A DNA stretch of 63,245 nucleotides, the filler included, from Dugesia japonica (lineage: Eukaryota): NCBI GenBank assembly GCA_001938525.1. It is 6 parts of 6 records of this genome, joined end to end, with 100 filler letters (N's around TTAATTAATTAA, not from the genome) between each part and the next. Parts side by side here need not be neighbours in the genome. Positions count along the whole stretch, not along the records: positions 18,161 to 28,822 come from MQRL01589175.1; positions 28,923 to 44,733 come from MQRL01625240.1; 4 more parts are not named here. The stretch is one strand, 5' to 3'. The stretch's first letter is position 1. Every line of letters begins with the position of its first letter. A program made the translations under genes and the position numbers. Of this stretch, positions 26,531 through 37,060 are shown piece after piece. Under the pieces are notes generated by a model. The model ran no database searches. It saw only the letters and a list, made by a program, of their open reading frames with translations, and was not told where the DNA came from.

Positions 26531-27639
26531 TTTCAAAATGTCTTCATTTTTAATAATACTCAGAAATAAAAGTACTCTATTATTTCATATTGTTTATTTA
26601 ATTTCGTGAACATAGTATGCATTTACATTATTACATGGTTATTATTTAAATTAACCCTATAATACACGGTTACTATGTAAATAATGCACTCAAATCAATT
26701 TTAGTTTTAAAAAAACTATTTATTTATAGAATTTTTATATACATAATGCAAGAAAAAAAACAAAATTATTATTCAAATCTATTTATTGAAGAACAAAATA
26801 ATAATTACATTAATTTCGACCAATCAAATTAAACAACACGACAGATGTCAATAATATACCAGCAATAAATTTGTTTCTCTTTTGTCTCTTTAAGTCTTCT
26901 TTAATTTGCTACATGAATATTGAACGAACAATGAGTTAAGCATAATCATGTTTTCTGAAATATACCATTGTCGATCTTGCTTATGAATTGAATTTCGTCA
27001 ACGGATCTACTGGTAATTTCATCTGCCAATTTTTTAATTTGTCTTTGCGTTTCATTCATTTCTTCAACTGATCCACTGGTAATTGCATCTGTAATTTGTT
27101 TTTCCAGATTTCGGTTTGGTTCATTTTGTTTTCAACGTTGAAATGTAAAAGTGACATATTTTACAAAAGCATCTGTTTAAATACTTGCTATGATAGATAC
27201 ATACTCGTTATTTGTTAGTTTTTATTGGTTATTAAATGTTTTAAAGGAAATGAATGATTATTATTAATTTATATGATTGGATTGGAAATTTGGATGTAAT
27301 TTGTTTAAAATGATGATTTCTTATCTAAATTACTCATGAACATGATGCGAGCATACATTGTGCATGACGCGTGCCTCTATTTTGCATACACTTTGCATGG
27401 TGACATCTTATTTTACGGTTAATATATAAATAATATACTCAATCTTTAAAATACATTGTTGCTATGTAAATAATACAAGGTAACTATGCAAATGATATAC
27501 TCATAAATCCTATACAATCATGAAAATATTTTCTTATAAGTTTTTTATATAGTCTTATTAGGTATATATGTCTTGAAANGTTCCAGGAATTTAGGATNTT
27601 TATGAAAAAAGGCCTGTTTTTATCATTTTGTTCTCAGAA

Positions 27640-28015
27640 ATGTTCGCAATCATTATGTTTCTTATTAGACATTGCATGGCTAATTAGACAAGTTTATTAA
27701 AAATTGCATCGCTAATGAGTATTTTTACTAAAAATTGCAACACTAATGATACTTAATATAAAAATGACAAAACTAATGAGTATTTTTACTAAAGTTTTCA
27801 ACACTAATGATACTTAATATTAAAAATTGCAACACTAATGAGACTTTTTAATAAACATTGCATCACTAACATGTTTTTATTGAAAATTACCTAGGTCACG
27901 TTTTTTTTTGAAAAAAGTTTTAATTAGAATTTTTATTAAAAATTGCATCGCTAATGAGTATTTTTATTAAACATTGCAACACTAATTATACTTTTTATTT
28001 AAAATTGCAGCATTA
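27640..28015. repeat. ~30-bp tandem repeats (aaaattgcaacactaatga.ta.ttttatt)
   Basis: About ten visible units; same family as 9380-9740. Confidence 0.8.
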
Positions 28016-29044
28016 AAATCTATCTTTCTAACATAGTCATTAGCAATTGTTGTCATTCTTCTTCTCTTTTTTTCTATCCATCTCTTCATTGTTATGAAAT
28101 ATTTTTGTCATATTCATTTTAGCAAATTGCTGTATATTACTGAATTTTAAAAATTCGAATTTTATCAATATTATATATTGGAGATATCATTGCTTTATCA
28201 CTTTCTTTGAATCCCAATATTTTGAATCTAATTCGAGCTCCTGTACTTCTTTAGGTAAATGTTGGATCCGTTTTTCTTTTTGATTGAATATACAAAATTT
28301 ATTAATTTTTTAATGAAAAATGATTTACGATCAAATTGTAGCGATCTTGGAATAATCAACAAGCTATCGTTTAATTTATCAATATCATGTCCTTAACATA
28401 AAGAATTTTTATTTGATGCATTTTGCAATGTTACTGCAAAATACATTGATTTTACTCAATAATGTTCTGATGATGAAAGAGTAAAAACCAATATTTTCAA
28501 TTTAGGAGGATTAACATTTCACAACCCATTAATATAAAAAAATAAGTACTCATTAAAAAAACTATGAATGAATCGATTTTAAAAAGTTTTCATCCAACAA
28601 AAGGTAGTAGTGCTGGTAAATTGAGATGATTTGAAATTCCTGATGGCAAATAATGCACTCATTAACGGCGTTTGTATTGAATGATTTTATTAGGGTTTTG
28701 CAACAAATTGTTTTGGGTCGAGTCAATATAGGTCACAGAAGTAAACAATATCGATTGAAAAAGTACAAAGAAGCTCTTGTAGATATGGAAAAGCAAGGAT
28801 TTTTGCAGCAAAGAAAAAAATANNNNNNNNNNNNNNNNNNNNNNNNNNNNNNNNNNNNNNNNNNNNTTAATTAATTAANNNNNNNNNNNNNNNNNNNNNN
28901 NNNNNNNNNNNNNNNNNNNNNNGGCTACCCTTACCGTACCAAAAATACGACTTGACATCAGGGGCCATACTTACCAAATGTTAATTTTATAATTAAATGT
29001 AATAAAGCGTTTAAAACACAAAATAAAAAGAACTTTCTAACTTT

Positions 29045-29333
29045 CATCTAAACTAAATTTAATATGTTTAATAAATTCATTATCACTCATATTTGAATAA
29101 GAAATTTCTGGTTTCTTTTCTTCAATATTTTTATTAAATCTTTTCTCTAAAGATTCATAATTTCCAGTGACATCTCTTTTTGGTAAATGTAAAAAATTTT
29201 TTTATTATATGGAATATTATATTTTCTTAAATATTTTCTTATTGTTTGTTCATTTACAGTATTTTCTTTGCAAAATTTAAAAACAGAATTTTTAATAAAA
29301 TCATAATTTTTTAGCATGTTATAAAAAGTATTA
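29045..29333 (-). pseudogene. HTH-like protein paralog (frameshift in an A run; 5' end in gap)
   Basis: Near-identical tandem copy of 29466-29765. Confidence 0.7.
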
Positions 29334-29383
29334 NNNNNNNNNNNNNNNNNNNNNNNNNNNNNNNNNNNNNNNNNNNNNNNNNN

Positions 29384-29469
29384 GTGATAATTGTAATAAA
29401 ACATTTAAAAATAAAGCGGGTTTAAAAGGACATCTCGCATCTAGAACTTGTTTTAAAAGATTTAATTAA
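29384..29469 (+). CDS. Small C2HC zinc-finger peptide (5' end in gap)
   Basis: (C)DNCNKTFKNKAGLKGHLASRTCFKRFN*, same C-x2-C-x12-H-x5-C spacing as 13429. Below the ORF-track size cutoff. Confidence 0.6.
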
Positions 29470-29765
29470 AAAGTAAATTTAATATGATTAAGAAATTCAT
29501 CATTACTCATTTTTATATAATCAATTATTGGTTTCTTTCCTTCAACAACATTTTTATTAAATCTTTTCTCTAAAGATTCATAATTTCCAGCGACATCTCT
29601 TTTTGGTAAATGTAAAAAATTTTTTCTATTATATGGAATTTCATATTTTCTTAAATATTTTCTTATTGTTTGTTCATTTACATTATTTTCTTTGCAAAAT
29701 TTAAAAACAGAATTTTTAATAAAATCATAATCTTTTAACATATTATAAAAAGTACTATCATTCAT
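29466..29765 (-). CDS. HTH-like DNA-binding protein (likely start MNDSTFYN)
   Basis: SVFKFCKENNVNEQTIRKYLRKYEIPY; homolog of 14333-14707. Confidence 0.7.
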   Translation of the reverse strand: MNDSTFYNMLKDYDFIKNSVFKFCKENNVNEQTIRKYLRKYEIPYNRKNFLHLPKRDVAGNYESLEKRFNKNVVEGKKPIIDYIKMSNDEFLNHIKFTF

Positions 29766-29886
29766 TTTTATTAAGATAAATTTAAAAATATTATATTGTA
29801 TTGTGTCGTATGATTGTGTCGTATTGTGTCGTATAACCATGTCGTATTGTATTTTATTGTATTTATCTAAATTTTTTATATATAAA

Positions 29887-30442
29887 ATGGCAGTTGTAAA
29901 GAAAAAAAAATGACGATAAATACTTTATACACTACGATAAATAATATAGAAAGTTTAGAAAAAATAAGTATTGAACAACTTAAAAACTATAGTAAATTAA
30001 AAATCACAGAAAAATGTGCAGCAAAATATTTTGATATGTTAAAAAAATGTATGCAATGGCTGACGAATGTGAACAAACTGAAGAAAATGAAAAATATAAA
30101 GTTTTAATGACTATTATGACAGCCAAATTTTGTGAATCAGATTCAAAAAGTTTAATAATAGCTGATATGTCCAATCATGATAAAAGAAATATGGGAATAA
30201 TTAAAAAGTTAGAAACTGATTATCAAAATGAAAGAGATGAACATAATGAATTAAGATCAAAATTTAATCTGGAAGAAAAACCAAAAGAAATAGAACATCC
30301 AGGTTTAAAATTCACAATAGTAAAAAATGAAAATAAAATTCTATCATTTGATGAATGTGCGGAAATTTCAATTGAAGTAAGTAAACGTGCAGAAGAATTA
30401 AATGAAAGAATGACTCGTGTAAAAGTTCCAGAAAAAATATGA
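29887..30442 (+). CDS. Hypothetical helical protein, apparently split by A-run frameshifts
   Basis: ORFs 29910-30107 and 30047-30442 overlap at an A7 run; A9 run near the start. Confidence 0.45.
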
Positions 30443-30555
30443 AAATAAAGTTAATAGAATTTATTTAGGAAAAAGTGAAGATAATAAAGGTGGAATTTTA
30501 GTTAAAGATTCAAAACCTAAACCTAAAACTTAAAATATTACTTTAAGAAAGAGAA

Positions 30556-31914
30556 ATGATAGATTTAGATTATAATATTGAATTTCAACATTTATCAATT
30601 AAAAATGATATACTTAAGATCTCGCCCTCATCGGGTTCAATAAACAATTTAAATGCAAATGGTGACATTGTATTCCAGAGTCTACAATCAACAAATCCAT
30701 TGGACATTTGCAATGCATTATTATATTTCAGAATTGAAATTACATTTGGAGAAAAAGATATTCACAAAGATAAAATAACTTTAGAAAATAATTTCTTTCC
30801 AAGTTTATTTAAATTAATGAGATTAACACTGGGATCTACTCATATAGAAACTATAAACGATCCAGGTGTAATTTCAACAATGTTAAATTTCATAACTACA
30901 ACTGAAACCTATAAAAAAGAATATGGACAATTATCAGGTTGGATGCCAGATATAAACTTAGGAAATACTGAAGTATCAAGTTGGGAAAGTAACCTTGGTT
31001 ATTATAATAGAAAAAAACTTTATAAATCTAAAAAATTTGAAGGTTATTTTCAATTAAGAAATTTATTTGGATTCATGCAAAACTATAATCGGTTGTTATA
31101 CAATACGATGATAGAATTTACATGCAACCGTCAAATGGAAGATAAATTAATATTCTACAGTGAAAAAGATACAACTGCCACACTGAAACTTTTAACACTC
31201 GAACTTCACATTCCAGAAGTTAGATTATTACCAAGAAAAGAATTAATTCTGCTAGAACGCATATCAACCAACAAACCAATTAAAGTTTCATTTTTAAATA
31301 GATTATCTGCGAAATCAAATCTTGATTCTGGAGGATATTATTCAATTAAAATTAGCTCTCTAGCATATCAACCTAGATATATTTTAATTTGCTTTAAAGA
31401 TCCAGAAAATTCATATCAAAAGAATAATAATTTATTCATTCAGAGATCAACTAAAATCGAAAAAGAAAAATATCAAGAAATAGATGCAACTAAAACACCT
31501 CCAGCTACAATAGATAAAGAAAGAGATAAATATACACATTCTTGTATAAAAGGTATCCAGTTACAATTAAATAATACTTATTATCCAATTAACGAATTAA
31601 AATTTGACATGTCAAATAATGAAATGGCATATCCATACATGCAATATATAAAATGTTGCCATGAATTCCTAACAGAACCACAATTATCATTAATGGAATA
31701 TAAAAATTTATATCCACTGTTTTGTTTTGACACTTCAGCTCACGATGATAAAATGAATATTAATAATGTTGATGTCACACTTCATATTACAAAAGATCCA
31801 GAATTCAAAGGAACTCTTTACTGGTGTATTCTCGAAGAAAAACATGTTGAAATGAAACTTGCTAATAATAAAATTGTTTTAGTTGAAAATATGAGAGGAC
31901 TTGATATAAAATAA
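30556..31914 (+). CDS. Major capsid protein (double jelly-roll, Polinton hexon-like)
   Basis: Intact 452 aa; LENNFFPSLF, PRYILICF, QLNNTYYP, YPLFCFD motifs typical of Polinton capsids; genomic context. Confidence 0.88.
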   Translation: MIDLDYNIEFQHLSIKNDILKISPSSGSINNLNANGDIVFQSLQSTNPLDICNALLYFRIEITFGEKDIHKDKITLENNFFPSLFKLMRLTLGSTHIETINDPGVISTMLNFITTTETYKKEYGQLSGWMPDINLGNTEVSSWESNLGYYNRKKLYKSKKFEGYFQLRNLFGFMQNYNRLLYNTMIEFTCNRQMEDKLIFYSEKDTTATLKLLTLELHIPEVRLLPRKELILLERISTNKPIKVSFLNRLSAKSNLDSGGYYSIKISSLAYQPRYILICFKDPENSYQKNNNLFIQRSTKIEKEKYQEIDATKTPPATIDKERDKYTHSCIKGIQLQLNNTYYPINELKFDMSNNEMAYPYMQYIKCCHEFLTEPQLSLMEYKNLYPLFCFDTSAHDDKMNINNVDVTLHITKDPEFKGTLYWCILEEKHVEMKLANNKIVLVENMRGLDIK

Positions 31915-31923
31915 ATATAAGAA

Positions 31924-33379
31924 ATGACCTCTAAAAATACAAAAAACCACAAGGCCATAAAGGCAGAAAGGGGCGAAAAATTCATATGTGGTAAAATATT
32001 ATTAAAGAAAAATAAATCTCGACATTTAAATCTATGTATTAACAAAACACATATAGGAGGCGACCTACAAAATTCAACTATAATATCTAAATTATTAAAA
32101 CCAATTACAACAGAAAAATATCCAGGTGAACGCCATCTTTTCAAACATAATTACACTGGCCCCGGAACTAGATTAGATATAAGATTAGATGAGAATTTAC
32201 AACCATTGCCAGGTGAAGAACCTATTAATCAAGTTGACGCAGCCGCATTAAAACATGACATCTCCTACAATTCAGAAGATCTCCGTGATCGTCATATTGC
32301 AGATATTAATCTAATACATGATCTTAATAATATTGAAAATCCTAGTCTCCAAGAGAAATTTCAGAGAGCCCTTGTAAAATTGGCTATGAAAGGTAAAATT
32401 ATGATTGGACAGGGCGCAAGAAAGAATCCATTTAAAAAAAGTCATATATTAAAAGATGAATCTGATAACGAAAACAAGGAAGAAACTGACAAAAAAATCG
32501 CTACGCTGGCCTCCGGACAAATATTATCTAAAGAACTACATAAAGAATTTAAAAAACCTAGACATTTTAGAAAAGTCATTGTTCATGATAAAGATGACAT
32601 TTGGTCAGCCGATCTCATCTTCCAAGGTACAGAACGTAAAAATAAACATGTAATTTTAACAGTTATAGATCTCTATACGCGATTCGCATTCATCGAACTT
32701 ACTTCTGGAAAATCTGGTCCTAAAATAACAGAAGCATTTAAAAGAATTCTAGAAAAAAGTAATAGGACTCCAAAGAAATTATGGGTTGATGAAGGTAAAG
32801 AATTTTATAATCAACATTTTAAATCTTTCTGTAAAAATAATAATATTGAAATCTACTCAACTCAAAATCAAGGTAAAGCAGTTGTAATTGAAAGATTTAA
32901 CCGAACTTTTAAAAATAAGCTTTTTAAACATTTTACTTTTTCTGGAAATCAAGATATCACACTTAAACTCTTAGAACAAATTGTAGATACCTACAATAAT
33001 CAAATGCATTCTAGTATCAATATAACACCTCAAGAAGCAACAATAAATCCTGAAAAAAATTCAACTTAAACCTGGAACTCCTTTTAAAGAAACTCAAAAG
33101 TTTAAAATTGGCCAACGCGTAAGAATAATTAAAACCGGAAAAACATTTCCTAAAGGTTACACTGTAAAATGGTCTAGAAGAATTTTTATCATAACAAAAA
33201 TCCACGAACAGTATCAAGGCAGAAAGGGGCAACAAGGTGAAAGGACCATAGAACAAGAAAGGGCCATAGAACAAGAAAGGTGGCAACAAGAACCAATAAC
33301 ATATGAAATCTCAAATCTTAACGGCAACAAAATACTTGGAAGATTCTATGCTTCTGAACTTCAAAAAACAGAATTATAA
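31924..33379 (+). CDS. Parvovirus-type phospholipase A2 fused to retroviral-type (rve) integrase; frameshift at A7 run ~33053-33059
   Basis: HNYTGPGT and DAAALKHDISY (PLA2 calcium loop and HD dyad). WSADL / VDEGKEF / IERFNRT (DDE). The shifted frame continues KFKIGQRVRI..KGYTVKWS..GRFYASELQK* (SH3-like tail). No chromodomain seen. Confidence 0.92.
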
Positions 33380-33689
33380 AATGAAACACTGCGAACTTGA
33401 AACTATAAATGAAACAACCGAACACTTTTCTGAACTTGAATTATATTATAAAATTTCAGATTTTGAACACTGCTTTCTGTTGCCCTTGTGGTTTCTGCGA
33501 ACTGAAACTGAAACTGAACACGAAGATATTTTAGATTTTGATGATGATATTGGAAATGCTAGATGATTTAAGTGAAATTAATGATAACCCAATAAGAAAA
33601 ACACTGTTAAAAGATGTTAATTCAGATATGTTCAGTTCGCATAAAGCAGTATTAATTAAAAAGTTAAGATCAAAATATGGATATTAGAA

Positions 33690-34491
33690 ATGACCGATTC
33701 GCATAAAAGCAAAATCGCAGAAAGCAGTGGAAGTGTTTATGTTTGGAATAAGAATATTACAAAATTTAATAATAAAATCTTACCAAATAATTTTAGATTA
33801 TTAATAATTGGATCTTCAGGTTCAGGTAAAAATGTATTACTTATGAAAATGCTCCTGACACCTGGATTCTTAGATTATGACAATTTAATCATTTACTCTA
33901 CAACAATCTCACAATTTGAGATTCAATTACTATATCTTGGTTTCGATCTTGGATTAACAAAAGAAGATATCAGTTTTATATTTGAACACCAAAAATATCA
34001 CACCTAACCATTTAGATACACCATCTCAAGTTATTAATTATTTTATTGAAAAGAAACTAGTTACAAAAAACCAAAAAAGAAATAACTGGATAAATGTTAC
34101 ATTAAGTAATAAACCTAATGAAATAATTTCATGTGATAAATTATCAAGAGACAAGAAAAATCTTATAATTTTTGATGATGTTGTTAATGAAAAGAATCAA
34201 CAAATACAGAAATCTTATTTCACACGTGGACGACATTCAAATTGTAATGTAATTTATATTTCCCAAACATATTATGATCTCGATAAAAATTCTATACGTA
34301 ATAATTCAAATTGTTATATTTTCTTCAAATTAAATAAAACTGATAAAAATAATGTTTATCATGAATTATTCTCAAATATCTTNNNNNNNNNNNNNNNNNN
34401 TGATTATGAAGTTAATCTTCACTGGAAAACTAAATATAATTATTTTTATCTTAACAAAGAAACTGATGAATTGTTAGATGATCTCTTTTAA
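33690..34491 (+). CDS. A32/FtsK-HerA family genome packaging ATPase (frameshift ~33995)
   Basis: IIGSSGSGKN (Walker A, with N for T/S), LIIFDD (Walker B), TRGRHSN, ISQTYY, IRNN. Confidence 0.92.
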
Positions 34492-34843
34492 CTTTATTCG
34501 ATTGATTTCTCCCACTCTTCATGCATTTTATTATTTCTTTTTCACACTTGTTGTTTTTTTCTCTTTCAATTTCATATAAAATACGTTTCTGTTCTAATTT
34601 ATCTCTTTTAATTTTTTTAGGTCTTTCTCTCATTATATAACAATAAATTTCAGAACCTTTTCTAAATGGAANNNNNNNNNNNNNNNCTTCACGTGTTTTA
34701 TTTAACCATTCACATGCTAAAAAAACCACACGGGCGAAAAAGACTATATCTTCTAGCTTTATAATATCTACAATAACATCTGTTTCTTTAAAAAGTTCAT
34801 GGGATATTAATATTCCAATTTCTTCTGAGACTTTCTGTTCCAT
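34451..34843 (-). CDS. Hypothetical protein
   Basis: 130-aa ORF converging on the ATPase; no motif recognised. Confidence 0.35.
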   Translation of the reverse strand: MEQKVSEEIGILISHELFKETDVIVDIIKLEDIVFFARVVFLACEWLNKTREXXXXXXPFRKGSEIYCYIMRERPKKIKRDKLEQKRILYEIEREKNNKCEKEIIKCMKSGRNQSNKVKRDHLTIHQFLC

Positions 34844-35236
34844 TCTAGGATAATTTTTTTAATCATAGACAACAAAAACCATAAAATCGTTCTTCCAATT
34901 CCTTCCTTTCTGTTTTTTCTACCTTTCTGGTTAGTTTTTTATGGTTTCTTGGTCTGATGACCCATTCTGAAAAGATCTTTCTTAAATTTTTATGTGTCAT
35001 TTTAATTCCAGGATATTGAAATGTTACATTTTGATTTTTCCTTCGATATATCTAATATTTTTAAATATTTCTTCAAACAAAAAATATTTATTAAAAACAA
35101 GAACATTCCATTTATTGGCTAATAAAGAAAATTTAATTAATTTATTTATATAATTTTATTTAAATTTAAATGTCTTTGTAATTCTAATAAACAATTACCT
35201 TTTTGTGCATATGAATATAATTTGTTTTCAGTCATT

Positions 35237-36393
35237 TTAAAATTGTTCTTCCAATTTCTCCCAATCTGGTCTTATACCCCCACAATGTAGTTTTTCTGGT
35301 TTTTCTTGCCCTCTGGTTATTTGTTGGTTATTTGTTGGTTCCTCAGCAATTTTCATTTGTTCTTCAGCTATTATATTTTCAATCTCTTTAAAATTTTCTT
35401 GAATCTTTCTAAATGAAAAATTACTTTCAATAATACTCGGCCATGTTTCTGCTATCCTAGCAAATCTAATTAATCTATTTATATAACTCATAGTATGAAT
35501 AATTCCATGAGCTGCTATATAATTTAAAAAATCATTATAATGTTTTTTCTTATTTTCATTTTGAAATTTTAATTTTAAAGCATATAATATTGCACCTAAC
35601 ATTGCATAATAATATAATGTTCCACGTTTATATGCATTTAATTGATTATTACAACTCCTATATCTCTCTACTAACTTATATTCTTTTTGTAGTAATAAGA
35701 TTGCACAATTTTCTCTAAATTCTTCTATTTTAAAAGGTTTTAAATTACATCTATTTTCATCAACTTCTATAAATGAATTATAAAGTTGCATTCTAAATGT
35801 ATTTGGATCTTTTATTCCCATTTTAACATCATCTTCATTATCAACAGGAAAAAATTTTTTCTTATTATTTTTCCTGCTTTTTGTGATTGTTTAATTTCAT
35901 CTATTTCATTTTTATTATTTACTGTTGGTAATATGTATTTATTATTTTTTACCATATTATTAGTTATAGTTTTAATTTGATTATTATCAATCATAACAGT
36001 TCGTGTTACTTTTTCACTAAATTTAGGTGGATCTAATTCTTCTAAGTCAGGTAATTCTTTAAATGTATTTCTTTCTAAAAATTCTAAATTATCAGGATTT
36101 GTAATAACAATTAAATTTTCTGGTTCAACAGGTTGAATGTCAAATTTAACTAGCTCACTTCCATCTTGATCACTGTCACTTTGTCTTCCATCTTGATCAC
36201 TGTCACTTTGTCTTCCATCTTGATCATATTTCATTTGTATATATTCAGATTCTGAAAAATATCCTTGTTCTTCTTCATCTTCTAAAATTAAATTATCAAG
36301 TGTTATTATTAAATCTTTTAATTCTTTTTTTAACTTTTCACCATTCTTAATTTTAGGTAAAACATCTTCAATTTTACATATAACATCCTCCAT
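35237..36393 (-). CDS. Hypothetical protein, probably one gene split by a frameshift at ~35815-35850; acidic N-terminus with 27-bp repeat
   Basis: Overlapping ORFs 35812-36441 and 35237-35821; DQDGRQSDS repeat at ~36160-36225. Confidence 0.5.
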
Positions 36394-36456
36394 TTTATAT
36401 ATAAATAATTTAAACAACACGCGTTGTGTGTCGAAACCCATAAAGTGAAAACCCAG

Positions 36457-37057
36457 TTAGATTCCAAGTTTAGTACGCATTTCTGAAATAACTTTATTTT
36501 GATTTTCAAGTAACAATTTTAAATTATTATTATCATATTTACTTTTTTGTTGTTTATGGTTTGAGATCTGATCATGAACATCAGATACCATCTTTTTAGA
36601 TATCATAAGTTCATCGTCTGTTAAAATTTCATCATTAACTGCTNNNNNNNNNNNNNNNNNNNNNNNNNNNNNNNNNNNNNNNNNNNNNNNNNNNNCTTTC
36701 TTTTCGAGATTTAACAAATGAAGTGTTCATTGTTCCAATTACAGGTAACACTGAAATTGCTCCTGTTATCACCGGTATTCCAATTGCTGTAATAGCTGCT
36801 CCAACTGGAGTTATAAATATTACTCCGGCTATTCCAATTCCAGCTGAAACAAATATTTGTGTATATTTAATTCCAGAATCAATTTTATCCCATTTCTTTT
36901 CTAATTTCTTATAATGTTTAATTTTATCTTTAATATAATAAAGATCATTTTCAAAATCTTTAATTCTAGATAAAGCAAGTTTATTTTTTAAATCTAGGAT
37001 TGTATAATTATCGTCATAACCTTTTGTTAGACTAGGATAAATATTATCGCTTTCCAT
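36457..37057 (-). CDS. Polinton membrane-associated protein with Gly/Ala-rich hydrophobic hairpin
   Basis: IYPSL N-terminus, coiled coil, ~45-aa hydrophobic segment, then AVNDEILTDDEL after an N gap that shifts the frame. Confidence 0.6.
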
Positions 37058-37060
37058 TTC

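Noticed and set aside
33050-33062. Programmed frameshift in the integrase
   Set aside because: Element A reads through this point in one frame (ORF 17180-17512); a homopolymer error or mutation is simpler.
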